A stretch of 64,000 nt of DNA, from NCBI GenBank assembly GCA_035488835.1, contig DATHKX010000057.1:21149-85148 (forward strand), written 5' to 3'. Shown here one piece after another: positions 24,399 through 36,242 of this stretch. Both the position numbers and the translations under genes were made by a program. The first letter of the stretch is position 1. Every line of letters starts with the position of its first letter. The DNA is from Gemmatimonadales bacterium (lineage in GTDB: Bacteria; Gemmatimonadota; Gemmatimonadetes; Gemmatimonadales; GWC2-71-9). The notes below the pieces were generated by a model. It searched no databases and was not told the DNA's origin. It saw only the letters and a list, made by a program, of their open reading frames with translations.

Positions 24399-25294
24399 CG
24401 TCCCTCCATCCATTGCGCGATTTCCCGGACGAGCCTGTCCGCGTCGCCCAGGGCCACGGTCTCCACCGCCGTGTCCGCATAGCGCGCCGGCAGCACAGCG
24501 GTCTTGATGTCGTCGAACGGCCCGAGCAGCGCTTTCACGCTCGCGAGGCCGGCGTCGCTCGCATAGAGGCTCTGCACCGTGAAGGCGACGACGACCGTGC
24601 CCTTCACGTTTGGCTTCGATTGCACCGCCGCGGCGAGCGCGGCACAGGCGGCGCGCCGTCCCGCGGACGGGGCGGCGAGCAGCCGCTCACCGTACAGTTG
24701 CGGCCGCTTGGCGAGCGACACGGGCGCGAGCACCGCGATCCCGAGACCCTGTACCTCGGCCGCGGAGGTCGCGCCCACGTCCACGTATGCGTTGTCCACC
24801 GTGAAGACGGGATCGGGCGCGCCGCCCGCGGGCCCCACGCGGCCGCGCGTCAGGTGCGTCGACTTCACGGCGACGACGCCGGGCACCGCGCCGCGCGTTC
24901 CAAACACGGTCACGCGGTGCCCCTCGAGCTGCTGATCGAGCAGCGGCGACGCGGTACGGCCCGCCCCTCCACCTCCCACGCGCCGCAACAGCAGGAACCC
25001 GTCGGGCAGGATGTTGCCCACGACGTAGCCGACTTCGTCGAGCGGGCAGGTGCAGAGGCGCTTGGGGGAGCCCTGACCCAGCGTGAGCGTCACGTTGCCC
25101 GCTCGATCGCGCACGCTGCCGGGGAGCAGCACCCGGAGCGAGTCGGCCATGGCCTGCTCGAGACCGGTGACGGCGGTCATGGAGGCGAACCGGAGCGCGA
25201 GGTGATCCACGTCGCCTTGGGCGGACAGGCGGACCGGCGGAAGGGCGGACAGAAGAAGCACGAGCACGCTGAGACGTCTCGATCTATCGCTCAT
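24395..25294 (-). CDS. M42-like paralog lacking catalytic/metal residues
   Basis: Colinear with the downstream M42 gene, but AHLDEIG becomes CPLDEVG, DDRVG becomes GRRAA and REEIG becomes VQSLY. It shares the ...LLLLSALPPVRLSAQ signal peptide. Confidence 0.65.
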   Translation of the reverse strand: MSDRSRRLSVLVLLLSALPPVRLSAQGDVDHLALRFASMTAVTGLEQAMADSLRVLLPGSVRDRAGNVTLTLGQGSPKRLCTCPLDEVGYVVGNILPDGFLLLRRVGGGGAGRTASPLLDQQLEGHRVTVFGTRGAVPGVVAVKSTHLTRGRVGPAGGAPDPVFTVDNAYVDVGATSAAEVQGLGIAVLAPVSLAKRPQLYGERLLAAPSAGRRAACAALAAAVQSKPNVKGTVVVAFTVQSLYASDAGLASVKALLGPFDDIKTAVLPARYADTAVETVALGDADRLVREIAQWMEGR

Positions 25295-25934
25295 CCCGGA
25301 ATCTCACTGAAGGTTGGTCACCCGCCACGAAACCGGACCCACTCTGGACCAGCCGCACCGCCTCCTCTGGTACGCCCAGCCGCGCCAACTCCAACACGAC
25401 CTGCGGCAGCAACCGATGCTCCACTTCCAGGACGCGTGCGGCGAGCGTCTCCGGCGTGTCGTGCGGACGGACGGGCACGGGCCACTGCGCGATGATCGGA
25501 CCCCGGTCATACTCCTCGTCCACGTAGTGGACGGTCGCTCCCGAGAGCGTGGCGCCGCTCGCGAGCACGGCTTCGTGGACGCGGCGGCCGTACATCCCGG
25601 GGCCGCCGAACGCGGGGAGCAAGGCCGGATGGATATTAATCACGCGCCAGCGAAGCCGCGCGACCGCGGCGGGCGGAATGCGTTTCACGTATCCCGCGAG
25701 CACGACGAGCCGCGCGTCGCCGGTGGCGGTCACGAACTCGGCGGGATCCTCGGGGTCCGTGAGCACGACCGTAGGGACCCCCGCCCGCCGCGCCCGCTCG
25801 AGCGCGCCCGCGCCGGCGGCGCTCGCGACCACGCGTGCGACCCGTGCTACGGCCGAGTCGCGCAGCGCGTCGAGCAGCGCCTGGAGGTTCGTGCCGCCGC
25901 CCGAGACGAGCACGGCCACCGGAACCGGCGTCAT
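25284..25934 (-). CDS. purN: Phosphoribosylglycinamide formyltransferase
   Basis: VAVLVSGGGTNLQALLDA, NIHPALLPAFGG and other GART-family motifs. 216 aa. Confidence 0.9.
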   Translation of the reverse strand: MTPVPVAVLVSGGGTNLQALLDALRDSAVARVARVVASAAGAGALERARRAGVPTVVLTDPEDPAEFVTATGDARLVVLAGYVKRIPPAAVARLRWRVINIHPALLPAFGGPGMYGRRVHEAVLASGATLSGATVHYVDEEYDRGPIIAQWPVPVRPHDTPETLAARVLEVEHRLLPQVVLELARLGVPEEAVRLVQSGSGFVAGDQPSVRFRDER

Positions 25935-26362
25935 TTATCGCAAGGGGCGAGCGAGCGAGGCTTCGTTCCGGGGACGACGCTGAGTGTGAACGCCCCGGTC
26001 GCGAATCGCTCGCTGCTCGTCACCACGATGAAGTAGTCTCCCGTTCGGGGCAGGCGTACGGTAAGCCGGGCGTTGCAGCGGCCGCCCGAGTCATCGTCCT
26101 GGGGCGTCGCACCCTCGAAGCCGGGGCCGAGCAGGAAGGCGTACGCGTCGAACGCGTGCGCTGCGAGGTCGATGGTGACGGTCTTGCCCGCCGTGCCCGC
26201 GAGCCGCCACTGCTGCGTGTAGGTGCTCTCCGCGGGAAGCACGGCGTCGTGCCGCGTGAGCGAGTCGCGTACCGTGTCGCCCACGGCGATCGTTCGCTTC
26301 CCCTGCGCGGCGAGGGCGCTCGCGCTGAGCGCGAGCAGGGCGACCAGTCTCCACGGCTCCAT
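25931..26362 (-). CDS. Secreted PPC (pre-peptidase C-terminal)-like domain protein
   Basis: An internal ATG gives signal MEPWRLVALLALSASALAAQ. The pattern FDAYAFLLGPG...DDDSGG...TGDYFIVVTS is present. The track ORF start at 26467 would overlap gmhB. Confidence 0.5.
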   Translation of the reverse strand: MEPWRLVALLALSASALAAQGKRTIAVGDTVRDSLTRHDAVLPAESTYTQQWRLAGTAGKTVTIDLAAHAFDAYAFLLGPGFEGATPQDDDSGGRCNARLTVRLPRTGDYFIVVTSSERFATGAFTLSVVPGTKPRSLAPCDK

Positions 26363-26384
26363 GGCGCCCAGCAATCTGCGGGCC

Positions 26385-26943
26385 CTACCCGCCGCGCACA
26401 ATCTCGGCGGCGGCGGCGGCGAGGTCGGGCACGACCGCGATGCCGAGCGCGCGCGCCTTCCCGACATGCGTCGCGCCGTGCCCCGTCGCCACGAGCAGCG
26501 CGCGCCCGCCCAGCTTGCGCGCCGGTGCGACGTCGCTCAGCCGGTCGCCCACCCAACGGGACTGCGTCAGGTCCAACCCGAATGCGGCCGTCGCGTCTCG
26601 AAACAGCTTGAGCCCGGGCTTGCGGCACTCGCATGGACCGGTGAACTCGGGGTGATGCGGGCAGAAATACGCGGCGTCGAGCCGGGCGTCGTGCGTCGCG
26701 AGCAGCTCCACCAGACGGCGCTGCACCGCGCTGTAGGCCGCTGTGTCGTACAGGCCGCGCGCGATTCCCGACTGGTTGGAGACGGTGATCACCAGCCAGC
26801 CCGCTTGGTTCAACTGGTGAATCGCCTCGCCGGCGCCTGGGAGCAGACGGACCTTGCCGGGCTCGTGCAGGAATCCCGGGTCCTCCACGATGGTGCCGTC
26901 GCGGTCGAGAAAGACGGCGCGGCGGCCGGCCGCCGCGCGGGCG

Positions 26944-26951
<8 letters not shown>
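26385..26951 (-). CDS. gmhB: HAD-IIIA phosphatase, D-glycero-D-manno-heptose-1,7-bisphosphate phosphatase-like
   Basis: FLDRDGTI (DxDxT), VSNQSGIARG, the Zn-site CPHHP...CECRKP, and GDRLSD. Confidence 0.78.
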
Positions 26952-28301
<1,350 letters not shown>

Positions 28302-28305
<4 letters not shown>

Positions 28306-29615
28306 CGCGTCTTGGCCTTCGTCGAGTCGCGGGGCGCGGGTTTCGGCACGGGGATCTCCACCACGCCAACGCCGTCCCCGGCGACGCCACTCAGGTTGAT
28401 CGCCCCGCGCACGCGCACGAGGTACTTCGCACCCGGGGTGAGCGGCGGCGCGGTCTGGACGACGAGCCGGTCGTAGGGCACGGGACGCTGTGCCAGGAGC
28501 TTGCGCACGCGAGCCGTATCGACGCGGGCCGCGGAGGTGTCCTGAGGCGACCGCGGGGCTGCCGCAACGCGAGGCGGAGAGGGGGGCGCCGCTCGGGCGC
28601 GCGAGCTGTCCCGGCGCGCCGTCGTATCTCGCCGGGCCGTGGTATCCTGCAGCCGCTTGAGCGAATCGGCCACCGCGCGCGCCCGCGCCTGCAGCGAATC
28701 GAACTGGGCCGGCCGGTACAGCGCCCGCACGCCGACGGGCGTCGTGTCGGGCAGGGCGAACACGCGCACCGCGGTCGTATCGGGCGGCCGCGCCGGATCG
28801 AGCGGCTGCGAGAAGCTGATGCGCAGGGTGGTCGAGTCCAGCGACTCGATGGTGCGGATCCGCGGGCCGACGGTGTCGTGCACGAACGCCCAGAGCACGA
28901 CACTCGCCGTCGAGTCGACCGTGACGGTGACCGTGTCGAACAGCTCGCGCCGGTCGAGGCGGCGGTTGTTGTTCTGGTCCTGCAGGGCCCACACACGATA
29001 GCGCCCGGGAGGGATCTCCCGCAGCCGGAAGTTTCCGGCGGAGTCCGTCAGCGTGACGTAGGCGGCGGTATCGGGGAGCGGAGCGGCCCGGATCACGGCC
29101 TGGGCGAGCAGCCGCTGCTCGACCCACAGCACCACCGTACCGCTGAGCCCGGCCCCGGGCAGGGGGCCGCCGGTGGAGAAGACGATGGTCGTGCCGGTCT
29201 TCGTGACGTTGCGGTGCAGGTCCGCGATCCCGGGCAGCAGCTCGAGGTGGTACACGCGGTTCGGCTTCCACCCCTCCTCCGGCTGGATGTGAATGGCGCT
29301 GCGGTGCCAGGACACGTTGACATCGCCCGCGACCGGCGACAACACGACCTTCTGCGCCAGGCCGGTGATAGCGCCTCCGCCACCTGCGCCGCCGGGCGTC
29401 TCGTCGATCACCTCGTCGAACTGGACGACGGCCTTGCCCCGGAAATCCGGCACGACCGCTCCCGACTCAGGTGTCGTGCGCAGGATGGCGGCGGGCGTGG
29501 TGCGGGGCGGGCCGCCCGGTGGCGGACCCTGGCTCGCGCAGCCGAACGCCAGGGCGCTTAGGAGCAGCCCAGCGACTTGAGCTTGTCGGCCAGCACCTGC
29601 CGCTGGTCTCGCCAC
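28302..29615 (-). CDS. Ig-like / carboxypeptidase-regulatory-like domain lipoprotein (GTG start inferred)
   Basis: The lipobox ...VAGLLLSALAFGC is reachable from an in-frame GTG at 29615. The motif GNFRLREIPPGRYRVWALQDQNNNRRLD is present. The start overlaps the valS 3' end by about 58 nt, so it is uncertain. Confidence 0.55.
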
Positions 29616-32275
29616 GCCCGCTCCTTCTCGCGCTCCTTGGCGACCACCTCGGCGGGCGCCCGCGCGACGAATTGCTGGTTGGCCAGCTTGGTGCTGAGCC
29701 CCGCGAGCTGTTGCTCGAGACGGGTCAGCTCGCCCGACAAACGCCGACACTCCTGCTGCACGTCGATCGCATCCGACAGGGCGACGAACACCTCGCTCCC
29801 GTCCGCGAGCACAGCGTGCGCGCCTGCGCCCCTCAAGCTGCCATCGAACTGCAGCTCGGAAAGCTGGGCCAGACGCATGATCGTGTCGCGTTCTCCGTCG
29901 AATGCGGCTCTGATCAGCTCCGTTCTCGGTTTGATAGTAGCTGCGACGCGCGTCTTAGGAGCCACGCGGTATTCTGCGCGAATCGCCCGGATCCTGGAGA
30001 TCGCCTCCTGAACGCGCGCGAATTCGAAGTCAGCCCGAAGCTTCGGGAACGCCGCTGGCACGGTAGGCCAGGCTGCGACCGCAAGAAGGTCTTCGGGCTG
30101 TCGGCCGGGAAGCTTCTGCCACAACTCTTCTGTAATGAAAGGCACGACTGGATGTAGCAGCCGGAGCACAGTGTCGAAGCAGAACGCCAGGACGGCCTGA
30201 GCAGCGGCGGCGTCGCCCGAAGCAGCGGGCGCCCGCTGGGCTGCTGCGGAGGGCGACGTCGCCGCTGCGAGGCGCGGCTTGACTGCCTCCACGTACCAGT
30301 CAGCGAGATCGCTCCACGCGAACTCGAAGCAGGTCTTGGCAGCGTCGTCGAGGCGGAACGTCTCGAGCTGTTCCGTGGCAGCCACGATCGTCTTGTGGGC
30401 CTGGCCGAGAATCCATCGATCTGCCAGCGCGAGTCGCGACGGATCCAAGTTGCCGATAGACGGCACCTGGTCCGGCAGTTGCGCCAAGATGAAGCGTCCA
30501 ATGTTCCAGAGCTTGTTCGCGAAGTTCCGGCCCGGCGCGAAGGTTGTCTCGAGGTCGTTCGGGTCGAGCATAAGGTCCGACCCGAGCGACACGCCGGCGA
30601 TGGTCGTCCAGCGCAGCGCGTCTGCGCCGAACTTCCGGACCACGTCGAGCGGGTCGATGCCGTTGCCCAGCGACTTCGACATCTTGCGATGCTGCGTGTC
30701 CCGCACGATGCCGTGGAGGTACACAGTCTGGAACGGCTTGTCGCCCTTGAAGTGGTAGCCCGCCATGATCATGCGGGCGACCCAGAAGAACAGGATGTCC
30801 GAGCCGCTGACGAGCGTATGCCCGGGATAGAAGCGGGCCACATCGGGCGTCTTGTCCGGCCACCCGAGCGTCGCGAACGGCCACAGCCAGGACGAGAACC
30901 ACGTGTCGAGCACGTCGGGGTCCTGTTCGACCGGCCCGCCGCACTTGGGGCAGGCCTTCGGGTCCTCGCGGTCGGCCCATTGATGGGCGCACTTGGTGCA
31001 GTTGAACACCGGGATGCGGTGACCCCACCACAGCTGCCGCGAGATATTCCAGTCCCGGATGTTTTCCATCCAGTGCTCGTACGTCGCGCCCCACCGCTCG
31101 GGCACGAGGCGAATGGCCCCGGTCCGGTACGCCTCGAGCGCCGGCTCCGCGAGCGGCTTCATCTTCACGAACCACTGATCGGATAGCCGCGGCTCCACCA
31201 CCGAGTCGCAGCGGTAGCAGTGGCGTACCGCATGCCGATGCGGCTCGACCTTCTCGAGCAGGCCGCGCTCCTTGAGCATGTCTACGATCTTTTCGCGCGC
31301 GTCGAAGCGGTCGAGGTCGGCGAGCGCCTTCGGCACGCGGGTCGGATGCTCCATCCGCGCGTCCTCGGTCATCACCAGCGGCATCTCGAGCTTGTGCCGC
31401 AGCCCGATCTCGAAATCCGTCGCGTCATGCGCCGGGGTCACCTTCACGAACCCCGTCCCGAACCCGGGCTCGACCGCGTCATCGGCGAGGATCGGCACCG
31501 GCAGGTCGATGATCGGCACCCGGGCCACCTTGCCGACGAAGGCTCGATGGCGCGGGTCCTTGGGATTCACGGCCACCGCCGTGTCGCCCAGCAGCGTCTC
31601 GGGGCGCGTCGTGGCCACCGTGAGGTAGGGCTTGGGGCCGCCCTCCACGGGATAGCGGATGTAGTACAGCTTGCCGTCGATGTCCTTCGATTCGGCCTCC
31701 TCGTCCGACAGCGCCGTGAGGCAGCGCGGGCACCAGTGGATTACCCGATGGCCCCGATAGATGAGCCCTTCTTTCCACAGGCGCACGAACACTTCCCGCA
31801 CCGCCTGCGAGTAGGCCGGGTCGAGGGTGAACCGCGTGCGGGTCCAATCACACGACGCGCCGATCATCTTGAGCTGCTCGAGAATGGTGGGGCCGGTCTC
31901 GCGCACGAACGCCCAGACCCGCGCGACGAACGCCTCGCGGCCCAGGTCGAAGCGGGTCTTCCCCTCCTTCGCGATCAGGCGCTCCACCACGTTCTGCGTG
32001 GCGATCCCGGCGTGGTCGGTGCCCGGGAGCCACAGGGCTTCGCGGCCGCGCATCCGCTCGAACCGGATGAGCACGTCCTGCGTCACGTTGTTCAGCCCCT
32101 GGCCCATGTGCAGCACGGCCGTGACGTTAGGCGGGGGGATCACGATCACGTACGGCGGCTTGGGGGAGTCCACCCGGGCTGTAAACACGCCGCGCTCGAG
32201 CCAGCGCCGGTACAGCGGGCGCTCGACGGCGTGCGGGTCGTATTGCGGCGGAAGCTCGAAGCGCGGCTCGGGCAT
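29558..32275 (-). CDS. valS: Valine--tRNA ligase
   Basis: 905 aa with PPPNVTAVLHMGQ (HIGH region), KMSKSLGN and a C-terminal coiled coil. Confidence 0.95.
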   Translation of the reverse strand: MPEPRFELPPQYDPHAVERPLYRRWLERGVFTARVDSPKPPYVIVIPPPNVTAVLHMGQGLNNVTQDVLIRFERMRGREALWLPGTDHAGIATQNVVERLIAKEGKTRFDLGREAFVARVWAFVRETGPTILEQLKMIGASCDWTRTRFTLDPAYSQAVREVFVRLWKEGLIYRGHRVIHWCPRCLTALSDEEAESKDIDGKLYYIRYPVEGGPKPYLTVATTRPETLLGDTAVAVNPKDPRHRAFVGKVARVPIIDLPVPILADDAVEPGFGTGFVKVTPAHDATDFEIGLRHKLEMPLVMTEDARMEHPTRVPKALADLDRFDAREKIVDMLKERGLLEKVEPHRHAVRHCYRCDSVVEPRLSDQWFVKMKPLAEPALEAYRTGAIRLVPERWGATYEHWMENIRDWNISRQLWWGHRIPVFNCTKCAHQWADREDPKACPKCGGPVEQDPDVLDTWFSSWLWPFATLGWPDKTPDVARFYPGHTLVSGSDILFFWVARMIMAGYHFKGDKPFQTVYLHGIVRDTQHRKMSKSLGNGIDPLDVVRKFGADALRWTTIAGVSLGSDLMLDPNDLETTFAPGRNFANKLWNIGRFILAQLPDQVPSIGNLDPSRLALADRWILGQAHKTIVAATEQLETFRLDDAAKTCFEFAWSDLADWYVEAVKPRLAAATSPSAAAQRAPAASGDAAAAQAVLAFCFDTVLRLLHPVVPFITEELWQKLPGRQPEDLLAVAAWPTVPAAFPKLRADFEFARVQEAISRIRAIRAEYRVAPKTRVAATIKPRTELIRAAFDGERDTIMRLAQLSELQFDGSLRGAGAHAVLADGSEVFVALSDAIDVQQECRRLSGELTRLEQQLAGLSTKLANQQFVARAPAEVVAKEREKERAWRDQRQVLADKLKSLGCS

Positions 32276-32352
32276 TCCTTATAATAGAACAGGTTGGTGG
32301 AGGTTGGTGGAGGTCCTTCACCATCCTTCCGTTTGTGCTAAAATACCGTCCC

Positions 32353-32511
32353 ATGCCCGACGAGTCTCCGGTGCTCGCGCCGAGCCGCATCGCGCGCTGG
32401 TTCGCAATCGCCGCGGTGATCCTGTTCACCGTCGCGCTCTACTTCCGCGACGGGCGTCGCGTGCCGCCCATGACGGGCACTCCCGCGACGACCGGTCAGC
32501 CGGCCAACTGA
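32353..32511 (+). CDS. Possible 52-aa single-TM peptide upstream of thrS
   Basis: ATG...TGA read by hand: MPDESPVLAPSRIARWFAIAAVILFTVALYFRDGRR.... It ends 4 nt before the thrS ATG. It is below the ORF-track size cutoff and has no homology support. Confidence 0.3.
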   Translation: MPDESPVLAPSRIARWFAIAAVILFTVALYFRDGRRVPPMTGTPATTGQPAN

Positions 32512-32515
32512 CCTG

Positions 32516-34465
32516 ATGCCTCCCGAAATCCGTGTCACGCTCCCCGACGGGAGCGAGAAACGCGTCCCCGCCGGCTCCACCGGCGCCGACCTCGCGAAGG
32601 CGATCGGACCGGGGCTCGCGAAGGCGGCCCTCGCGGTGCGCGTGAACGGCACCGTGTGGGATCTGACGCGCCCGCTCCCCGACGGGGCGAAGGTCACCAT
32701 CATCACGGACAAGGATCCGCAGGCGCTCGAGCTGCTACGCCACTCCTCGGCCCACGTCCTGGCGACGGCCGTGCGGCAACTGTTCCCCCAGGCGAAGATC
32801 GGCTTTGGTCCTCCGATCGAGGACGGGTTCTACTACGACTTCGAGGTGGGACGGCCCTTCGCGCCGGAGGATCTGGAGGCAATCGAAAACAAGATGGTGG
32901 AGGTTGTGAAGGCCGATTACCCGTTCGTGCGCGAGGAGGTGGACCGCGCGGAGGCGAAGCGGCGCTTCAAGGACGACCCGCTGAAGCTCGAGCGCATCGA
33001 GGACCTCGGTCCGGACGAGGTGATTTCGGTTTACACCGACGGCCCGTTCGTGGACCTGTGCCGCGGGCCCCACGTGCCGAGCACCGGGCGGATCAAGCAC
33101 TTCAAGCTGCTGCACGCCGCCGGCGCTTACTGGCGCGGCGACGAGCGCCGCCAGATGCTGCAGCGCATCTACGGCACTGCCTGGTTCACCAAGGAGGACC
33201 TCGAGGGCTACGTGCGGCGCCTCGAGGAGGCCAAGAAGCGCGACCATCGGGTGCTGGGGAAGCAGCTCGATCTCTATTCGATCCAGGAGGACACGGGACC
33301 GGGATTGATCTTCTGGCATCCCAAGGGCGCCATGCTCCAGTTCCAGCTGCGGCGATTTATCGAGGATACGATCCTCGAGCGCGGCTACTCGCTCGTGTAC
33401 ACGCCGCACGTGACGCGCGAGCAGCTGTTCCTGCGCTCCGGTCACTTGCCGCTGTACGCCGAGAATCAATTCCCCCCGATGGCGGCGGGGGAAGGTGAGG
33501 CGGAGGAGGTGCGCTATCGGGTGAAGCCGATGAACTGCCCGATGCACATCCTCATCTACGCCTCGCAGCAGCGCAGCTACCGTGACCTGCCGATCCGGCT
33601 CGCCGAGATCGCCAACGTGTATCGCAACGAGCGGTCGGGGACGCTGCATGGGATGCTGCGCGTGCGCGGCCTCACCATGGACGACGCGCACATTTTCCTG
33701 CGCGAGGACCAGATCGAGGATGAGATCTTCCGGCTGCTCGACATCGTGGAGCTGGTGCTCGGGAAGACGTTCGGGTTGAGCTATCGCCTCGATCTCGCCA
33801 CGCGGCCGGAAAAGAAGCTCGGCTCGGACGACTTGTGGACGGCGGCGGAGCGGGCGCTCGAGCAGGCCCTGAAGCGGCGCGGCCTCACCTACCGGATCGA
33901 CCAGGGCGGCGGCGCGTTCTACGGTCCCAAGATCGACGTCAAGTTCAACGACGCCATCGGCCGCGAGTGGCAGGGATCCACGATCCAGCTCGATTTCCAG
34001 CTCCCCGAGCGCTTCCGCCTGGAGTACACGGGGGAGGACAACCGCCCGCATCAGCCGGTCATGATCCACCGCGCGATCTACGGCACGCTGGAGCGGTTCG
34101 TCGGATTCCTGATCGAGCACTTCGCGGGGGCGTTCCCCCTCTGGCTTGCTCCCGAGCAGGTCCGCGTGTTGCCCATCTCGGACGCGCAGGCGCCTGCTGC
34201 GCGCGCGCTGCACGAGCGGCTGCGCGCGGCGGGCATCCGCTCGCATCTTGACGAGCGCAACGAGACCCTCAACTACCGGATCCGCGACGGCGAGCTGCAG
34301 AAAATCCCGTACATGGCCGTGGTGGGGCAGCGCGAGGCCGATGCGGGCTCGGTGGCGGTGCGGGGACGGGGAGCGGGGAACAAGCAGACAGTGCTGTCCA
34401 TCGCTGATTTCGTGGCGAAGTTGCAAGAAGAGGTTAGCACCCGCTCACTGACACCGTTAGTTTGA
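32516..34465 (+). CDS. thrS: Threonine--tRNA ligase
   Basis: 649 aa with a TGS domain N-terminus, class II core motifs and an anticodon-binding C-terminus. Confidence 0.95.
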   Translation: MPPEIRVTLPDGSEKRVPAGSTGADLAKAIGPGLAKAALAVRVNGTVWDLTRPLPDGAKVTIITDKDPQALELLRHSSAHVLATAVRQLFPQAKIGFGPPIEDGFYYDFEVGRPFAPEDLEAIENKMVEVVKADYPFVREEVDRAEAKRRFKDDPLKLERIEDLGPDEVISVYTDGPFVDLCRGPHVPSTGRIKHFKLLHAAGAYWRGDERRQMLQRIYGTAWFTKEDLEGYVRRLEEAKKRDHRVLGKQLDLYSIQEDTGPGLIFWHPKGAMLQFQLRRFIEDTILERGYSLVYTPHVTREQLFLRSGHLPLYAENQFPPMAAGEGEAEEVRYRVKPMNCPMHILIYASQQRSYRDLPIRLAEIANVYRNERSGTLHGMLRVRGLTMDDAHIFLREDQIEDEIFRLLDIVELVLGKTFGLSYRLDLATRPEKKLGSDDLWTAAERALEQALKRRGLTYRIDQGGGAFYGPKIDVKFNDAIGREWQGSTIQLDFQLPERFRLEYTGEDNRPHQPVMIHRAIYGTLERFVGFLIEHFAGAFPLWLAPEQVRVLPISDAQAPAARALHERLRAAGIRSHLDERNETLNYRIRDGELQKIPYMAVVGQREADAGSVAVRGRGAGNKQTVLSIADFVAKLQEEVSTRSLTPLV

Positions 34466-34469
34466 AAGG

Positions 34470-35657
34470 ATGCCCGACAGCACCACCCCCGTCATTCTCT
34501 CCGCTTGCCGCACGCCGATCGGCAAGTACCTGGGCGGCCTCTCACCCTTGTCCGCGCCCAAACTCGGCGCGCTGGTGATCCGCGAGGCGGTGCGCCGCGC
34601 CGGGATCGAGGTCGGGACCGTCGAGGAAGTGATCATGGGGAACGTGCTCCAGGGCGGGGTGGGCCAGGCGCCTGGCCGCCAGGCGGCGATTCACGCCGGT
34701 CTCCCGGGGACGGTTCCGGCGCTCACGATCAACAAGGTCTGCGGGTCGGGACTCAAGGCCGTGATGCTCGCCGCCCAGGCCATCCGGGCGGGCGACGAGC
34801 AGTGCATCGTGGCCGGCGGAATGGAATCGATGTCGAACGCGCCCCACTACGTGTACGGGATGCGCGGCGGCATCAAGGCGGGCAACAGCCAGCTCGTCGA
34901 CGGCATGATCCACGACGGGCTGTGGGACTCGTTCTCGAACACCCACATGGGCAACCTCGCCGAATACACCGCCAAGAAGGCCGGCGTGTCGCGCGCCGAC
35001 CAGGATGCCTTCGCGCTCGCGAGCCATCAGAAGGCCGTGGCGGCCATGACCGCATGCCGCTTCAAAGCGGAGACCGTGCCGGTCGAGATCCCGGGAAAGA
35101 AGGGGCCGACCGTTATCGACAAAGATGAAGGCCCCCGTCCGGAGACGTCGCTCGAAGCGCTGGCGGCGCTCAAGCCGTCGTTCGAAAAGGACGGCACGGT
35201 GACACCGGGCAACGCACCCGGCCTGAACGACGGCGCGAGCGCGCTCGTCGTCACGTCGCTCGCGTTCGCGAAGGCGCACGGTCTCAAGCCGCTGGCCCGC
35301 GTCACCGCGTACGCGAGCGCCGGCGGCGAGCCCAGGGATTTGTTCTTCGCGCCCATCGTCGCGGTGCAGAATCTCATGGCGAAAGCCAAGACGAAAATCG
35401 GCGACTACGATCTGATCGAGGCGAACGAGGCATTCGCCGTCCAGGCGATCGCTGACGGGCGCGCCCTCGGCTGGGACTGGGACCGCGTGAACGTGAACGG
35501 GGGCGCCATTGCCCTCGGGCACCCCATCGGCGCCTCCGGCGCGCGTATCCTCACGACGCTCCTGTTCGCCCTGACCAACCGGAAACAAACGACCGGCCTC
35601 GCCACCCTGTGTCTGGGCGGCGGCAATGCAGTGGCCCTCAGCGTGGAGATGCTCTGA
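34470..35657 (+). CDS. Acetyl-CoA C-acetyltransferase (thiolase II)
   Basis: [11 protein letters not shown] (active-site Cys), [20 protein letters not shown] and CLGGGNAVA. Confidence 0.92.
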   Translation: MPDSTTPVILSACRTPIGKYLGGLSPLSAPKLGALVIREAVRRAGIEVGTVEEVIMGNVLQGGVGQAPGRQAAIHAGLPGTVPALTINKVCGSGLKAVMLAAQAIRAGDEQCIVAGGMESMSNAPHYVYGMRGGIKAGNSQLVDGMIHDGLWDSFSNTHMGNLAEYTAKKAGVSRADQDAFALASHQKAVAAMTACRFKAETVPVEIPGKKGPTVIDKDEGPRPETSLEALAALKPSFEKDGTVTPGNAPGLNDGASALVVTSLAFAKAHGLKPLARVTAYASAGGEPRDLFFAPIVAVQNLMAKAKTKIGDYDLIEANEAFAVQAIADGRALGWDWDRVNVNGGAIALGHPIGASGARILTTLLFALTNRKQTTGLATLCLGGGNAVALSVEML

Positions 35658-36220
35658 TGCAGGCTCAGACCGCCGTCGTATCCGCTCCGTCGCTCACCGG
35701 GCGGCGCGCGCTCGCCGTCGTCGCAGGTGTCGCCCTCGTCGCGATCGCGGCCCAGGTCGCGATTCCGCTCCCCGGCACCCCGGTGCCGCTGACGCTGCAG
35801 CCGCTGGCCGTGCTGCTCGTGGGGGGCCTGCTCGGGCCCCGGCTCGGCGCCGCCTCGCTGCTCTTGTATCTCGCGCTCGGCGCCACGGGCCTCCCGGTCT
35901 TCACGCCGTTCGGCGCGCCCGGAGTCGGCCGGCTGTTCGGTCCGACGGGCGGATACCTGCTCGCCTACCCGATCGCCGCCTACGCCGTCGGCGGACTCGT
36001 GGGTGACGGGCGCCGCTGGGCCCGCGTTGCCCTCGCGGTGTTCGTCGGCCTCGCGCTCATCCACCTCGGCGGGCTGGCGCAGCTGCTGATTATTACTCAC
36101 AGCCTGCACGACGCCGCGCGACTCGGCACGTGGCCGTTCCTGGTCGGCGACCTGGCGAAACTGGTCATCGCAGGCGTCGTCCTGCGGCCCACGGTGAGTC
36201 CGCTGCGCGCGCGCCTATGA
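35657..36220 (+). CDS. bioY: Biotin transporter BioY
   Basis: The ATG overlaps the thiolase stop by 1 nt. [21 protein letters not shown]...[11 protein letters not shown] is typical of BioY. Confidence 0.8.
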   Translation: MQAQTAVVSAPSLTGRRALAVVAGVALVAIAAQVAIPLPGTPVPLTLQPLAVLLVGGLLGPRLGAASLLLYLALGATGLPVFTPFGAPGVGRLFGPTGGYLLAYPIAAYAVGGLVGDGRRWARVALAVFVGLALIHLGGLAQLLIITHSLHDAARLGTWPFLVGDLAKLVIAGVVLRPTVSPLRARL

Positions 36221-36242
36221 CGGCGCGCGTTTCGTTTGCGGC

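Noticed and set aside
24325-25269. A roughly 50-bp near-identical DNA repeat (tgggcggacaggcggaccggcgga...ggcggacagaagaagca) that looked like a dispersed or intergenic repeat.
   Set aside because: Both copies encode the signal peptides (LLLLSA.PPVRLSAQ) of the two tandem M42 paralogs. The repeat is explained by gene duplication, not by a mobile or regulatory element.
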